Part shown: positions 45,185 through 58,177 of the stretch, one piece after another | How positions within the stretch are numbered: the first letter of the stretch is position 1 | How the letters are laid out: each line of letters starts with the position of its first letter | Assembly: GCA_032718475.1 (NCBI GenBank) | Contig: JAUCBJ010000816.1 | Location: 36,476 to 100,475 of the forward strand | Source of the DNA: Nemertoderma westbladi | Taxonomy: Eukaryota; Animalia; Xenacoelomorpha | DNA length: 64,000 bases | Direction of reading: 5' to 3' | Made by a program: the position numbers and the translations under genes | The notes under the pieces: model-generated | Database searches by the model: none | Told to the model about the DNA's origin: nothing | Seen by the model: only the letters and a program-made list of their open reading frames with translations

Positions 45185-47092
45185 ATGTCACTAAATTCGT
45201 GTTATACTGATACTATTAATATTCTACATAGCTGTACATCAAAATTTATTCCTCAAAAAAGGGGTAATTCAATCTCCAATTGCATTCCTGGCTGGAATGA
45301 GTTTGTAAAAGAAAAGCGGGCTGCGGCGCAGGAGGCTTTTCATATTTGGTGCGATCAAGGGCGGCCTAGGTTTGGGCTTGTATGGGAGGTAAAGAAAAAA
45401 ACGGCCGCGCAATTTAAATTGGCTCTCCGAAATTGCAAACGGGAGGAAGGTGCTTTGCGAGCAGATCGCCTAGCGGCTTCTTTTATTAACTCCAGAAAAG
45501 ATTTTTGGAGTTCAATAAAGAAAGCAACAACTATTAAAATGGGTTTAGCAACCTCTGTCGGCTCCGCCCACACTGAGGAAGAAATAGCCGATTTATTCAA
45601 ATCTAATTATTATGATATTTTTAATTCAGTCCCTGTATCTGAAATTGACTCTACTTTTGTGCAGTGTAAGTTTTCTGAATGGGACGGCTCCAATAATGTC
45701 CATATTTCTGCTGATAAGGTGAAAGATGCCATCAACGGTCTGCAGTGTGGAAAGGCTGCCGGGCCTGATGGCATCTTCCCTGAAAGTTATATTTTTGGCG
45801 GTAACCTTTTGCCAGTAATTTTGTGTTTATTGTTCAATTCATTTATAACTCATGGGTTTTTGCCTCAATCGTTAATTAATTCTAGTTTGTTGCCTATTAT
45901 CAAAGATAAAAACGCTAGTATGAGTGAACGTTTGAATTACCGACCCATAGCCAAAGCTACAGCTGGCTCTAAGGTTTTGGAAACGTGTTTGCTTCGGCTC
46001 GTTGCCATGCATTCCAATATATCTGACAACCAGTTTGGTTTTGCAGAGGGCCTAGGTACAGAAATGTGTATTTTTGCCTTAAAACAAACAATTCACTTAT
46101 ATATTAGTAAAGACTCACCTGTGTATACTGCCTTCTTAGACGCCTCGAAAGCGTTTGACCGCGTCAATCATAGTAAACTTTTTCGAAAGCTAATTGAACT
46201 TGGTGTATCTATTGGTATTGTAAGACTCTTGGCCTTTTGGTATTCCCATCAACTAATTTATATTAGCTGGGGTTCTGCTTCTTCCGGTGCATTTTTGGTT
46301 TCAAATGGTGTCCGTCAAGGAAGTTTGCTCAGCCCCCTCTTATTTAACATTTATATGAATGACTTAAGTGTAGAACTCAACAAATCTAATGTTGGTTGTA
46401 AAGTTGGAAAGAGTCTTTTAAATCACTTATTCTACGCAGATGACCTGTGTTTACTGTCGCCGAGTATTTTTGGGTTACGTGCACTAGTCAAGATATGTGA
46501 GCGTTACGGCGCTAAATTTGATATTTTGTTCAATCCACTCAAATCACACTGTTTGTATTTTATGCCCTATCGTTTTCACCGTGCAGGCGACATCTATCTC
46601 AATGGAAAACCGTTAGACTGTGTTAAGCAGGTTTCTTACTTGGGACACATTATAAGCTGTGACCTTTCTGATGAAGCAGACATAAATAAAATTAAATCTT
46701 CTTTATTTTGTCGAGGTAATTTGTTAGTTAGAAATTTCTCTCGGTGTTCTCTTGGTGTTAAACTATGTTTGTTCAAAACTTATTGCTACAGTTTATATTG
46801 CAGCTCTTTGTGGTCTATTTTCCGTGTTCAAACTTTGCGACAAGTGAAAGTAGCCTATAACATGTGTTTTCGTCTGTTGTTTAAATACTCCCGCAGTGAC
46901 GATGCAGACACAATTTTTGTTAATAATAGAGTAAATACCTTTAAGGCCATTATGCGCAAATCTATATTTTCCTTGTTAAATAGAGTAAATAACTCAGGTA
47001 ATACGCTAATTGGTGCTATTATAACTAATTTTTCAGTGAACTCTGTTCTGAAGGATCGGTGGCACAAGGTGCTTGATCCAAGTTTAACGTAA
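45185..47092 (+). CDS. LINE ORF2 reverse transcriptase, 5'-truncated (no endonuclease)
   Basis: IPGWN, KAAGPDGI, NYRPI, NQFGF, FLDASKAFDRV, GVRQGSLLSPLLF, FYADD, YLG. Confidence 0.9.
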   Translation: MSLNSCYTDTINILHSCTSKFIPQKRGNSISNCIPGWNEFVKEKRAAAQEAFHIWCDQGRPRFGLVWEVKKKTAAQFKLALRNCKREEGALRADRLAASFINSRKDFWSSIKKATTIKMGLATSVGSAHTEEEIADLFKSNYYDIFNSVPVSEIDSTFVQCKFSEWDGSNNVHISADKVKDAINGLQCGKAAGPDGIFPESYIFGGNLLPVILCLLFNSFITHGFLPQSLINSSLLPIIKDKNASMSERLNYRPIAKATAGSKVLETCLLRLVAMHSNISDNQFGFAEGLGTEMCIFALKQTIHLYISKDSPVYTAFLDASKAFDRVNHSKLFRKLIELGVSIGIVRLLAFWYSHQLIYISWGSASSGAFLVSNGVRQGSLLSPLLFNIYMNDLSVELNKSNVGCKVGKSLLNHLFYADDLCLLSPSIFGLRALVKICERYGAKFDILFNPLKSHCLYFMPYRFHRAGDIYLNGKPLDCVKQVSYLGHIISCDLSDEADINKIKSSLFCRGNLLVRNFSRCSLGVKLCLFKTYCYSLYCSSLWSIFRVQTLRQVKVAYNMCFRLLFKYSRSDDADTIFVNNRVNTFKAIMRKSIFSLLNRVNNSGNTLIGAIITNFSVNSVLKDRWHKVLDPSLT

Positions 47093-47260
47093 TTATCGTA
47101 TTCGGAATACATTGTTAAATTTCCTTTATTTTCGTATTTGGTGTAATTCTACTTTAATGTGCTGTATTTCTCAAATTTAGTTTAGTTAGTTCTGCCTTGT
47201 ATGTACAATGGATCGTTTGTGTCCGAGATTATAAATAAATAAATAAATAAATAAATAAAT
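45185..47260 (+). mobile_element. 5'-truncated LINE (RTEX-like) with an intact RT frame and (TAAA)n tail
   Basis: 635-aa ORF followed by a short 3' UTR and AAAT repeats at 47233-47260. Inserted in solo LTR B. Clade assignment is tentative. Confidence 0.88.
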
Positions 47261-47906
47261 TTACTATTTTCCTGATAACACATACTGACTGTTCACCGCA
47301 TTATTTTACTTCTGTTTATAGTATTAGTTGTTGTTATATTAATGGATACTGATGTTATATTTGGAGAATACCGATAAATAATCATAAACCCCTCAATCTT
47401 CTTGATTACTGAGGTAAGAGGAATAGAGTTTACCGGTAGCAACTGCGACTTAAATTATAGTGGTTTTGTGTGAATTAAATGCTATTTCATAATCCCTACG
47501 TGTGTCAGTTGCAATCCTCCTATATATGATCAAATTCAGTGGCGGTCGGCAGATTAGTGCGAACTAGTGTAAAGTAGTGTGAAGTAGTGTGAAGTCGTGT
47601 GAAGTAGTGTGAAGGTTACTAAAGCATCTCCTAAAGAATGCGCTATTTACGAAACTCTGTGGCCATCTAGTTGTGATTAGTATAAGTCATAACTCTGTTT
47701 TTATACTTAAAGCGCCACGTCCTAAAGGAACTGTTAATATCCTCCAAGAAAGTAAATATAGTTGTCAGAGATTATATAGTAGCGATCAATCGAATAATAC
47801 AGTAGGTCTACACTGCAATAACTCCCAAGGAATCCGAATCCAGTCTCCCACACCGTGGGTCATACGCCGCGCACGGACTGGCTTCGGCTGATGTAACTTC
47901 AGTACA

Positions 47907-50900
47907 CTAGGTGGGATAAATATTTCTCCATTTGACGCAACACCGCCGCGGCCGCTATGAGGGAGGTGAATACCGCGGCCGCTCCTAAAGCCGCAGGCCA
48001 TCGCTAACTATATAGGTTAACTTGGGATTCTGGGGGACTTTTCGATGAAGGAACTGACCAAATTTTTTTATTTTCTCACCAGGGGAGCGGCTCGGAATTC
48101 TAAGATATTAGCAACTCTAACATTATTAAATCTAACCCTTCGACGGACACGGCGGACAAAAAACCGTCATTTTTTCGACAATTTTAAAAATTTTTTGAAA
48201 GGCGCTCTACAGTGGCTCGAAAAAACCCTAGGTTATTGCTTAGCCGACGCCGGGATACGATAGAAGGGATTAATTAGTGAATTCGTTTTTTTTTCAAAAA
48301 AGATTACCACGCCTTTTTTCCGAAAATGTCCGTCAAAGTTGAAAAAACGGACAAAATGACTTTGCGGGATCCGCTATAACTCGGCTAATATTAATCGTAC
48401 GGGGACGAAAGTAACGCGGTTGGAAAGGGGGAGAGTGGTACTACCTTCGTATCGAATGGGGGTAAGATATTTATTAAAATTTCGGGTGGAAAAAGGGGCT
48501 GTAAATTTGTACGTTTTGTCCGTATTTTTTGGAAAACTTATTTCCGAAATGTTTAATTCGACAACGCGGGTAGGAATCCACTAATTCTTTTATGAAACTC
48601 GTAGAAGACCATTGGGGCTACGTTCCTATCGAATGGGGGTACAAAAAATATGTCGGCAATAGGGGCCAAAAAGGGCCAGAATTTGTAAAGTAGTTTTTAT
48701 CGAATAATTTTTTATTTTTAACTTTAGTTGGTTAAGGTACATTCTATACAGTCAATATCCATACGGGGAATTCAAATATGCTATCGGTTTTGCTCCAAGG
48801 ATGATATTAAAAAAATGAGGGCCACAATTATAATTTCGCGCTTCAAACTTGCTTCGCGGGAAATCGTCTAGCTCGAAAACTACTTAACTTACGGGAGATT
48901 TGTTTACACAGACTTATAGTGCGTTAAATTATCTACCTAACAGCGTTAATCACAGCGCCGGAGGTATTATAAAACTGGAGCGGCAGGCGATCGTGTGAAA
49001 TATAATATTTATAAAAAGGGACGATAATTTTTTTTTTAACAAATCGCTATTCCATTATAATTTAGCGTATTGCGCCAAAAGTACCTGTAAAAAGTATCAA
49101 ATTAACTCCGCTATCTTTTATCTTAACATATATAATTAAAATTACGAATTTTAAGGGTCGAAAAATATCGCGTTATTTTGGCCCTTTTTTTTAATTTTTT
49201 TGGGGCCAAAAATAACCCCTTCTCAAAAGATTAAGAAAAAAATTACGGCAAAGAATATACAAATTTTATTGAATTTGGACCACCAGAACCGAAGTTAGAG
49301 CGATTTTAGTGAAAAAATAAAAATAATTTTTTTTGCAAAAAAATTAAGAATGGTCAGGTCAATATTGGATTTCGAACCCGCGAACTTAGGTTTCATTAAC
49401 GTGACTGATAACCACTAGACTATGTGACCAAGAGAATTTGAAATTTTCGAGTGACTATTTTTAAACATAAATAACTTCGGTTCTACAGGGCCGTTTAATC
49501 TGAAACTTTTTTCATTAGATAGAGGATAGATTGCAGTGTGTGAAATAGGATAAAACTTGGGAAAAGACTTATGTGCACTAAGTGCAAAATGCACTTAAAT
49601 AGTGAACATTTTTCGATATTTCAAACACTATTATTTCCAGTTCTATTCATCGTAGAATGTTATTTTTTGGATTAAAATGTAGTTTGGAAAGATTTCTAAC
49701 TATAATCGTAACATTTGATTAACTTTTTATGTCTATAAAGTGACTTAAAATGCCCATGAATATGGTCCAAAATCGCAAATCCAGATTTATTAAATTGGAT
49801 TTTTGACACTTTTAGCGACTGACACTTGATCATACACCATCGTAGATCGGTAGAGGATAAACATAAGTTTGTTAAATAAGAGCCACCATTACGATCTGCT
49901 AAAGTGCATTTGTATAAATAAGTGTGCAAAAGTGCAAATTTTTTAATAAGGTCAAATTATATAGTATTGGGTTATTTTCTTTGCAGATACTTTATTTTCA
50001 TATTAATATGTTGTTTGAACCTTACTGAGCGCATTAGAGGATATGCGTACAAATAACCGGCCCTTATGAGGCTTCGATTGGGTAAATTAATAAAACATAA
50101 GGTTGTATAGTATAATATTCTAAAAACCAGTGTGATATTAAATGCACTTTAAATAATAAATAGAGATCAAATAACAATTGGACCACACAATTAAAAACTC
50201 GCACAATTTTGTACTTATTATATCGCTTCAAATTAATTCAACAGTGGATATTTGGGGGAAGGGCGAAGTTACAGTGTGCATTCGGGGGAAGTTTGGTGAA
50301 CTGCATTTATGCAGTGAATCCAAACTTCCCCCTTTGATATATCATATACTTAAGACATGCTAGGGTGACGGGGAAATATTTGTTACTGTCACACTTTGCT
50401 TCAATTTATCCTATCCTTTATTATTACCCCAGTCAGATAAGAGATAATAAATCAGTAAAAACCAAACTAAACTGTCTTTCATGCAAACAAATTTCTAACT
50501 AAAGACGGGTGAATGACCATGACCATGGAAATAATTTTAAATATAATCGTATATCAACTCTTTGGGGTGGCTTCCAAGTTAAACCCGAAAACAATTATTT
50601 TGTTACATATATAGTAAATAACGTTGTATGTTCTTCTTCCTCTCATAATAAAATATAAATGAAATATCTCAGATAGCTATGCCCTGTAACATTTCACAAC
50701 CAAAATATTTAAGTGTGAAAAGTGTAGGCCTACCACACTCCGCCCAAACAACCGCAAACGCATAGCCAACAAATTTAACAAAAGGTTATATACATGTTGG
50801 GTTCATGACGATATGAGTGAAAATTGATCGCGTAATATAAAGTAAAAAATTAAGAGACGGGGTGGCTCTCCTCCACTTTCTTACCCAATGGATATGTTGT

Positions 50901-50960
50901 TGTAATAATCTAATATTGGGGCGGCTTTCTCTCGGTAATTGGTAAAGGCTAAAGTCGATT
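47907..50960. mobile_element. ~3-kb non-coding insertion in solo LTR B (probable DNA-transposon derivative or composite)
   Basis: Absent from the equivalent position of solo LTR A (~30298-30310). Begins near TA|CACTAGGTGGG and has repeated ATCGAATGGGGGTA motifs. No matching right TIR was found. Confidence 0.5.
49367..49428 (-). other. tRNA-like (A box/B box) fragment
   Basis: Minus strand reads TAGTCTAGTGGTT...CGCGGGTTCGAAATCC. No convincing acceptor stem, so probably a SINE head or pseudo-tRNA. Confidence 0.4.
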
Positions 50961-51389
50961 TATAAACAAGAGGACAACTAAAATTGGCAGGTTAAACTGC
51001 TGCTAAAGGTCTAAAAGTGCGAACAGTTACCATATTCTTACACAAGTTACCATATTCTTCAGAGCCCTAATATTGCAAAGACCAATGGAAACTGGGAAAA
51101 GTCATTTATGCTTAGGAACCGGTACTTACTACTACTGTAGTCAATGAGGGTGTTGTGGCACTTGAACTCTAACTGTTTTTTGTTATTTTACATTTTTATA
51201 AAAATTAAATATTAAATATAAATAATTAGATATACATTACAAAAATTAAATAATATGCAATGGATTTCATACAAAAGTATAAAAAAGTTAATTATTTTTG
51301 TATGAAATCATTGCGTTTCTTATCAATTAATAGTCTCACACTCTTTCTATTAGGAACGAATCTTTACCAAAATGATCAATTCAACTCAC

Positions 51390-51593
51390 CCCAATTCCGA
51401 CCATCCTATTCGTGCAACAGTCCTGGCGACTGTATAAAGCGACAGCATCCACTCCGGGTCTGTTCTCTCCTAGGTCTACCCACCACCAGTTGGGTGCGAC
51501 ATAGTTAGAATGGATGCAAGAATTATTGTACCAGTTACCATCCCTGTTTCCATCTACTGCCCTACCTGGTGAAGACCCAGCGCCTGAACTTTC
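51390..51593 (-). CDS. Tandem F-type lectin exon (N-terminal half of domain 1); not in the ORF track
   Basis: Acceptor GATAG|GAA and donor GGG|GTGAGT. 68 codons: ESSGAGSSPGRAVDGNRDGNWYNNSCIHSNYVAPNWWWVDLGENRPGVDAVALYSRQDCCTNRMVGIG. Confidence 0.92.
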
Positions 51594-51870
51594 CTATCAA
51601 AGTAATAAAATGTAACAAACGTAATAAATTTATACTTGGTCTATAGTATGTATTATCTCTATTAATACATATCTGATGCATTTCTTGGAAAAACCAGTTT
51701 ATAACAATGACGATTTTATGGGAAAGGTCGAAGGTAAGCTGAACTGTCCGAATTATGTCTGGCCTACCCGAAGATTAAGTTATGTATGCGGCATACTTCG
51801 CGGCATTATTGGCATTCTAGTTTAATTAGAAAACTTATCCTCCTCGGCCTGTAAATCTTGATAAAGTTAC

Positions 51871-54800
51871 TGTTGTGCCAATAAAATTACTAAAGTTACT
51901 GCATACCAGCCATATTGTAAAATGATCAATTGTTACAAACTGATTACAGGATTATATTAATACAAACTCAGGTCCTGACTGATAACTAAACAGCCCAAAT
52001 GTAACAGCACAAACCGTATATACCTAAAACAGTACGCACCCCTGTACACCTACAACACACCAGTAACATGAAGTACCTAGGACGTCTTAGATCCATCTAC
52101 AGTACAAACCATAACCCATCATCTCCCTTTTTTTTTAATTAAAAAAATTGTTGATATTAATAATTATTTCAAATAGAAAAACGGACGACAGGTTTTCTTG
52201 CTCTAACACTCCGCCGAAGAATTGATTTCGGAACTTTATTTTTTTGGAGTGGCCCCAAGGTTTGTGTTGCAATGTATGGAGTTATTATGTCAGAATTATC
52301 CTTCTGGGGACGCAATAATCAGCGATTACGCCGCAGGACTCGGCCAGATGGAAACTTGATATGATAATCACGTTTCTCTCCACGATCTATCACTATTCCA
52401 ACTCTCGACCATCATTTGGATCTTGGATTTTGTACCAAAACCTTTGTTCCAATATCCAACTCTGGTAGGGAACGTGCATTCGCATCATAACGTAATTTAG
52501 CTGATTTAGATGCCCGCCAAGCCCTTTCATCGGATTCTTTCGCATCAATCTGCCATTCTTTATCGAAAGCCCGATAATGTAAAAGGACACAAGAATGGAG
52601 GGGGTGACCAAAAACCATCTGACTTGGAGATCGACCATCTACACGGGGGTATTATGTAATTCTAATAATCCTTTAAGAAATGGTTCGGTATCAATCCTTC
52701 CATTGTCAGCCTTAGCTACTAATTGCTTAATATCTTTAACGGAAACTTCCGCATGTCCATTGGATTGTGGGTACTCGGGCAATGAGGGTACCCACTCAAC
52801 ACCCAAACGGTCTAGAAAATCTCTAAATAATTTTGATGCATACTGAGGACACCCATCAGTTCGAATCCACACAGGAACACCTGTTTGAACAAAATATTCC
52901 TGGATTTTTACAATAACTTGAGCTGCAGTTGTATCCTCAAGCCAACGGGTAACAAAAGGATACCCAGAAAATCTATCTACATACACCATATACATGGATC
53001 CTTCATAGTGGAATAAATCTGATGACACCGATTCAAATATTCGGGACGGAATCAGATCAGAAATTAAGGGCTCCTTTACATTACTAGGAAGCCAAAATTG
53101 GCATTTCTCACATGATTCGGTTATTCGTTTTATCTCATTATCTATCCCGGGCCTATATTACCGATTGCCTGGCCCGACGTCGTATCCGCTCAATACCCTG
53201 ATGAGCAGAATGAAGTTGTAATAAAATATGGTGACATTCAGCTTTAGGGACGATAATACGAGGACCTTTTAGTATAATACCATCTTCCACAGACAGTTCG
53301 TGCCAAACTGACTTAAGTTGCTGAACAAATGGGTTTTTAATTTTATCAGTTTTGAAATCTCCTATAAAAGCTCTGATGATCACTTGATAGTCATCATCTT
53401 TCCTTGCACTTTGTTTCAACCGTTCAATAATTGGGTCTTTATATGACGAATGAGTTCCACCTTTACACGACTTTTCAGTAAGACTTTCGGTGACCGATTG
53501 AAACGTAGCTGCAGCTAAATATTCCACAGTTTCGTCGTCATCATCCTCATCATTTTGTGGATCATCCACCGGCGCCCGAGATAATGCATCTGGTATATAA
53601 TTGGTTTCCCCTTTCTTCCATTTCAGTGTGAAATTATAACCAGATAATTCCATTTTAATGTTCTGGAGGCGTATATTGTCAACCATATTCAGTGTATAAT
53701 TATCCATGATTGACAAAAGTGGTCGGTGATCTGTTATCACCTTGAAATGTTGCAATCCGTAAAGATATATCCGGTATTTATTAACAGCCCATAATATAGC
53801 CAAATCTTCTAATTCCACAGTCGCATAACGGGTTTCACATTCCTTTAAAAACCTCGACCCGCACTGAATTAACTTCCACCCTTCTTCAATATTTCGCCTC
53901 TGCAACAACGCAAATCCCAGCCCTTTAGTTCGGGACGCATCAGTTTCCAAATTAATTTCGGAATTTTTGTCAAAATTCGTTAGAATTGGGGGGTTTGCCA
54001 ATGCTGCTTTTACATTGTTAAATGCTACCTCATGTGTTGGAGACCACATAAATTCATTTTTAACCTTCAGTATATCATGTAAAGGGTTTGCCATCTCACT
54101 AATTTGAAACGAGAATTGCGCCAGCTGTTGCACCACACCCATAAATGACCTCAGATCCTTTCTATTCGTGGAGAAGGGAACTCGGCTAATGCTTTGATCT
54201 CCTCTGGATCTGCATTTATGCCCGAACTTGAAACTATGTAACCCCCAAATTTAACCTCATCACGTGCCAACTTAAATTTCTTAAGATGTATGGTAATACT
54301 AAATTTATTGCAACATTCTAGATTATCGCAAATGCGGCTGATGTGCAATCTGAAATCCTCATCAGCTAGAACCATTCCATCCACTAATCGATGGACACGA
54401 TCCACACCCTCTAGTGCTCTGTCCAGATGAAAATTATATGAATCACCGGTGCTAATAAAGCCCATTGGTGCCCGGTTGAATACGAATCTACCCCAAGGAG
54501 TAATAAAACATGTTAGATCACGTGATTTTGGGTCTAGTAACACTTGCCAATAGGTGGTCTTGGCATCCAGGATACTAAAATATCTAGAGCCTGGTTGAAT
54601 CTCAGATACAACATCTCTAGGCGAACTGCTGGGGTGAACAGTTCGTTCGACCTGATGATTTAAATTAGATAAATCAACACATACTCTTATCCCACCATCT
54701 GGTTTCGGGGCTACTACAAGTGGGTGACACCACTCAGTGGGTCTATCACCAACAGACGCTATGATACCCTTTCAATGTAAATCATCTATTTCAGATTTAA

Positions 54801-57315
54801 CTTCATCACATTTGGCAAAAGGTATTTTCCTGGCAGCATGAATGGCAAAGGGTTTATAATTATCTTTCAAAATTATTTTCATAGACTCCCCAACAACCTC
54901 ACCAGTCATTGATTTTAACTCACTTTTACAATTAAACACTGAAGCATAAACTTCAAACAATTTGTTTTTAACTAAACTTATTTCAGTTTGTGTACGACTA
55001 ACTGGCAAAGATTCAATAAATTCTTGCCTTTCTAAAACGCCAAATATCTTTTTAGAATTAGACAATCGTTTTAGAATCAGACACACCCTGCAAATTGCAT
55101 TGCAGTTTGGTTGCACATTCTGATATTACGTCATCTACAAAGTATCTCGCTGGCAGTGGTCTAGGCCACTGATCATGTATGAGTCTAAGGGACTTACACA
55201 CATCTAATGACAGGTAAAACTCCGAAATTCCCTCACAAATCAGTATTGTTTCGAGAGTTTTTTGGCCTTCCAGTGATATGTATAAAGCAATCTCACCCAA
55301 TTGTACAATAGGTTGATTGTTTATATTAACTAAATTATCACTGGATGGAGGGAGTAAATTTGCTATATCAATGCCCATTTTGTCAATAAAATCTATACCC
55401 GCTACAGTATGATCAGAACCAGTATCAGGTATTTCTGCACAATAATCAATAAAATCTGCACATTTTAAATTAAATCCTTCATGATTCAAACCAACACTAA
55501 GTAATGAATGTTTATTAAATGCACATGAGGCAACACGTATCGATGCGCACATATTGTCATCGTCGTATGACAATGTTTTTACTGCACTAATCCGTTTTGA
55601 GCGACACACACGTGCAAAATGATTTCTTCCTTTACATTTGTTACACAACTGGCCCAACGCAGGGCATTTATCAACGGAATGATGTTTAATGTAACCACAA
55701 TGCAAACACCTTTCCATTACTTCCGGTGTTCCTTTCGATGACGACAGAGTTGGAGACCTATACCTAGAACCCCTGGATTGACTTTGCGAATGGTTCCTTC
55801 GGTACTGCAACCGTCCCCTTGACGCCGCTGCTGATAACGAACTGTCGTTGATTCCAAAACGCGATATCTTCATCCTCTTGGCATGGGCTCGTGCGGCTTC
55901 CTCACTACGACAGAAACGAACAGTTTCTTTATGATTAAGTGCCGGTAATTTTGCCAACAAATCCTGGTGGATTTCTTCATCATGAATACCCACTATTATA
56001 AGGGTTGAGAACCATTCATCTTCGCCCATATCTCTTAGACCTGCTGTCTCTGCAGCTTCGTACAACTACGTATAATAATTATCGAATGACTCCATCTCGT
56101 GTTGCTTGCATGTCATTAATTCCCATCTAACCAAAGCTATATTCTGTTTATCTTTAAGATAGAATTCAAACTTATTTAATACTTCATCCAACGATAAAGC
56201 TGTGTTCTGTGAGACTTCGACCACATAAAGTAGCTTCGACAATAATGTGGGACTGCAGTATCCAAAAAAAGCGGCCACTTGTTCCTCTCTGGGTTATAGA
56301 TGTAGTTTAATTAATTGTCTTGCCGTAATTACTCCAAGCAATACGCCACCGCCTAAACCTTTTAATATCAACGTGCTCGTCTAAAGTTGGAGGTTTGTTC
56401 ACAGAGGCACGCGGAGTGTTATCAGTTTTTGTGTTACCAGTGGAATGGAAATGTGGGCTACTGACAGTTGGCGGCTCAATATGTGGCTCTAGGCTTCTGA
56501 TACCACCGGCTTCAACACTCTCGCTTAATAATATTGTTACCTTATCTTGGATGTAGGTAACCTCGGATGTCATATCTTCATACATAATGTTCTCCACATC
56601 GCAGTCGACCTCAATTAAACTTTCCAACGATTAACCAACTCTTTCGTAGGCCATTTCCAACTTGTCCTTCAAGGCAAGCATATCATTAACCACAGATGGA
56701 GGTCTCTCATCCACTGCCAGAGAACCGATTCTAGACAGTAATGCATCCATCCCATTCCTGAATCGAGTGTAACTGGACTTAAACCCAGCATGACTCTTCT
56801 TCAAACGTGCATTTTCGTCCATTGCTGTATTTTAGTACAGTAGTAGTGTCTTCACAGTAGGCTTACTGGTGTAGGTTTCCGAAGTAGCGTACCGGTACCA
56901 GTCCCGGTCCGGTAGTTATAAAATTACTTACTTTACCCGAGGTTACTGGTACCGCCGTACTGGTACCATAAACAATACAGTAGTACAACGCAATTTCAGT
57001 TAGGTAGGCATGTTGGGCCCTACACTAGGCCTATTATTTAGATGTTCAGTTCAATATATTTCCGAATTCGCAGCGCCATGTTGTGTTGTTGCATACCAGC
57101 CATATTGTAAAATGAATTGTTACAAACTGATTACAGGATTCTATTAATACAAACTCAGGTCCTGACTGATAACTAAACAGCCCAAACATAACAGCACAAA
57201 CCGTATATACCTAAAACAGTACGCACCCCTGTAGCCTATACACCTACAACACACCAGTAACATGAAGTACCTAGGACGTCTTAGATCCCTCTACAGTACA
57301 AACCATAACCCATCA
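51871..57315 (-). mobile_element. Decayed Ty3/Gypsy LTR retrotransposon (Mag-like)
   Basis: LTRs 51871-52121 and 57079-57315, TSD GTTAC (51866-51870, 57316-57320). PBS TGGCGCTGCGAA directly after the 5' LTR; PPT AAAAAAGGGAGA before the 3' LTR. Confidence 0.93.
52200..56822 (-). pseudogene. Gypsy gag-pol with multiple stops and frameshifts
   Basis: Gag CLHCG..H....C-PA....CNKCKGRNHFARVC, protease IPDTGS, RT FITPWGRF..PMG..LVDG (degenerate YxDD), RNase H ETDAS..TDHRPL..DALSR, integrase SDLF..VDRFSG..RTDG..PQSNGHAE. Confidence 0.92.
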
Positions 57316-57740
57316 GTTACTTTATGACTTGTGAGCAAATTTCATTGGGTGGCGCGGGTTTGAAATCGTACCAACGATTCCCAAGTGTATCTCTAGTTGA
57401 ATATCGACCTCCCCTTCGATCACTACCACTCTGGGTTCGACCAGGCTGCTGTTAGAAAACCTGCCGAGGGTTTGAATGGAGCCCAGAGAAGTGACAAACA
57501 AAGAATGGTTTTGTGGTTTGCATTGTATATTGATCTCTAATAACAACTAGTCACACCAACTAAGTTGATGATAACATACCTCACCAATGCAATGATACCA
57601 ATAAAGTTATATCAACTACGTCATAATAAGTCAAATACACCGATAGGGGTTAGGTAATATTTGATATAGAAACTACACGTTTGTGCGGCACGTGAACTTG
57701 ATTAAGTTAGAAATAAGTTCGATTTGGTCTGGAGTCAAAA

Positions 57741-58150
57741 TGTGACAGGATCCCCGAGTTGGCGAGGGAATCCCGACCAGGTTTTGTTGTGGTTCTGATA
57801 CGCGTCGCCGCATGCTAATGGCTGAAGGCTTGGGGCTGAAAGGCCAAAGGCCGATATAATAAACGGAGTTACTGTAATAACTGATTGTTAATATAATGTC
57901 AGATGTATAAATAATGGTAATACAGCACAATAATAGCAGTAATGGCGATGGTTGAAAACCATTTGACTTCTACGCTCAATATAGCCAACTGAGGCACAAC
58001 TAACAGAGTAACGCTTATATATTATTACATGGGATACACATTCCTACCTAGGTGTGGCCTGCCAATGGATGTGTGATAATTGATAGTAAACTGCCCCATC
58101 ATTGGTTGATCTATTCTCTACTGTGGCCCATAACGGACATCACTACAACC
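57741..58150 (-). mobile_element. LTR-like remnant distantly related to the LTR at 34171-34759
   Basis: TGTGACAGGATC...GGGAATCCCGACCAGG...TACGCGTC resembles the reverse complement of 34707-34759. The right boundary is uncertain. Confidence 0.45.
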
Positions 58151-58177
58151 AAAGACTCTCCATAGACCACCATCAAA

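Larger units (their letters stand above)
44717..51025 (+). mobile_element. Solo LTR B (same family as solo LTR A), interrupted by two insertions
   Basis: TGTAAAAGCTTTTGCGG...AAAAGTGCGAACA with perfect TSD GTTAC (44712-44716, 51026-51030). Pieces 44717-45070, 47262-47906 and 50961-51025 align to 29330-30370. Confidence 0.9.

Noticed and set aside
57575-57625. Possible upstream lectin exon ending GAG|GTATGT
   Set aside because: The phase-0 frame needed to join 51593 contains a stop and gives no NxAxxK motif, so it cannot be supported without transcripts.
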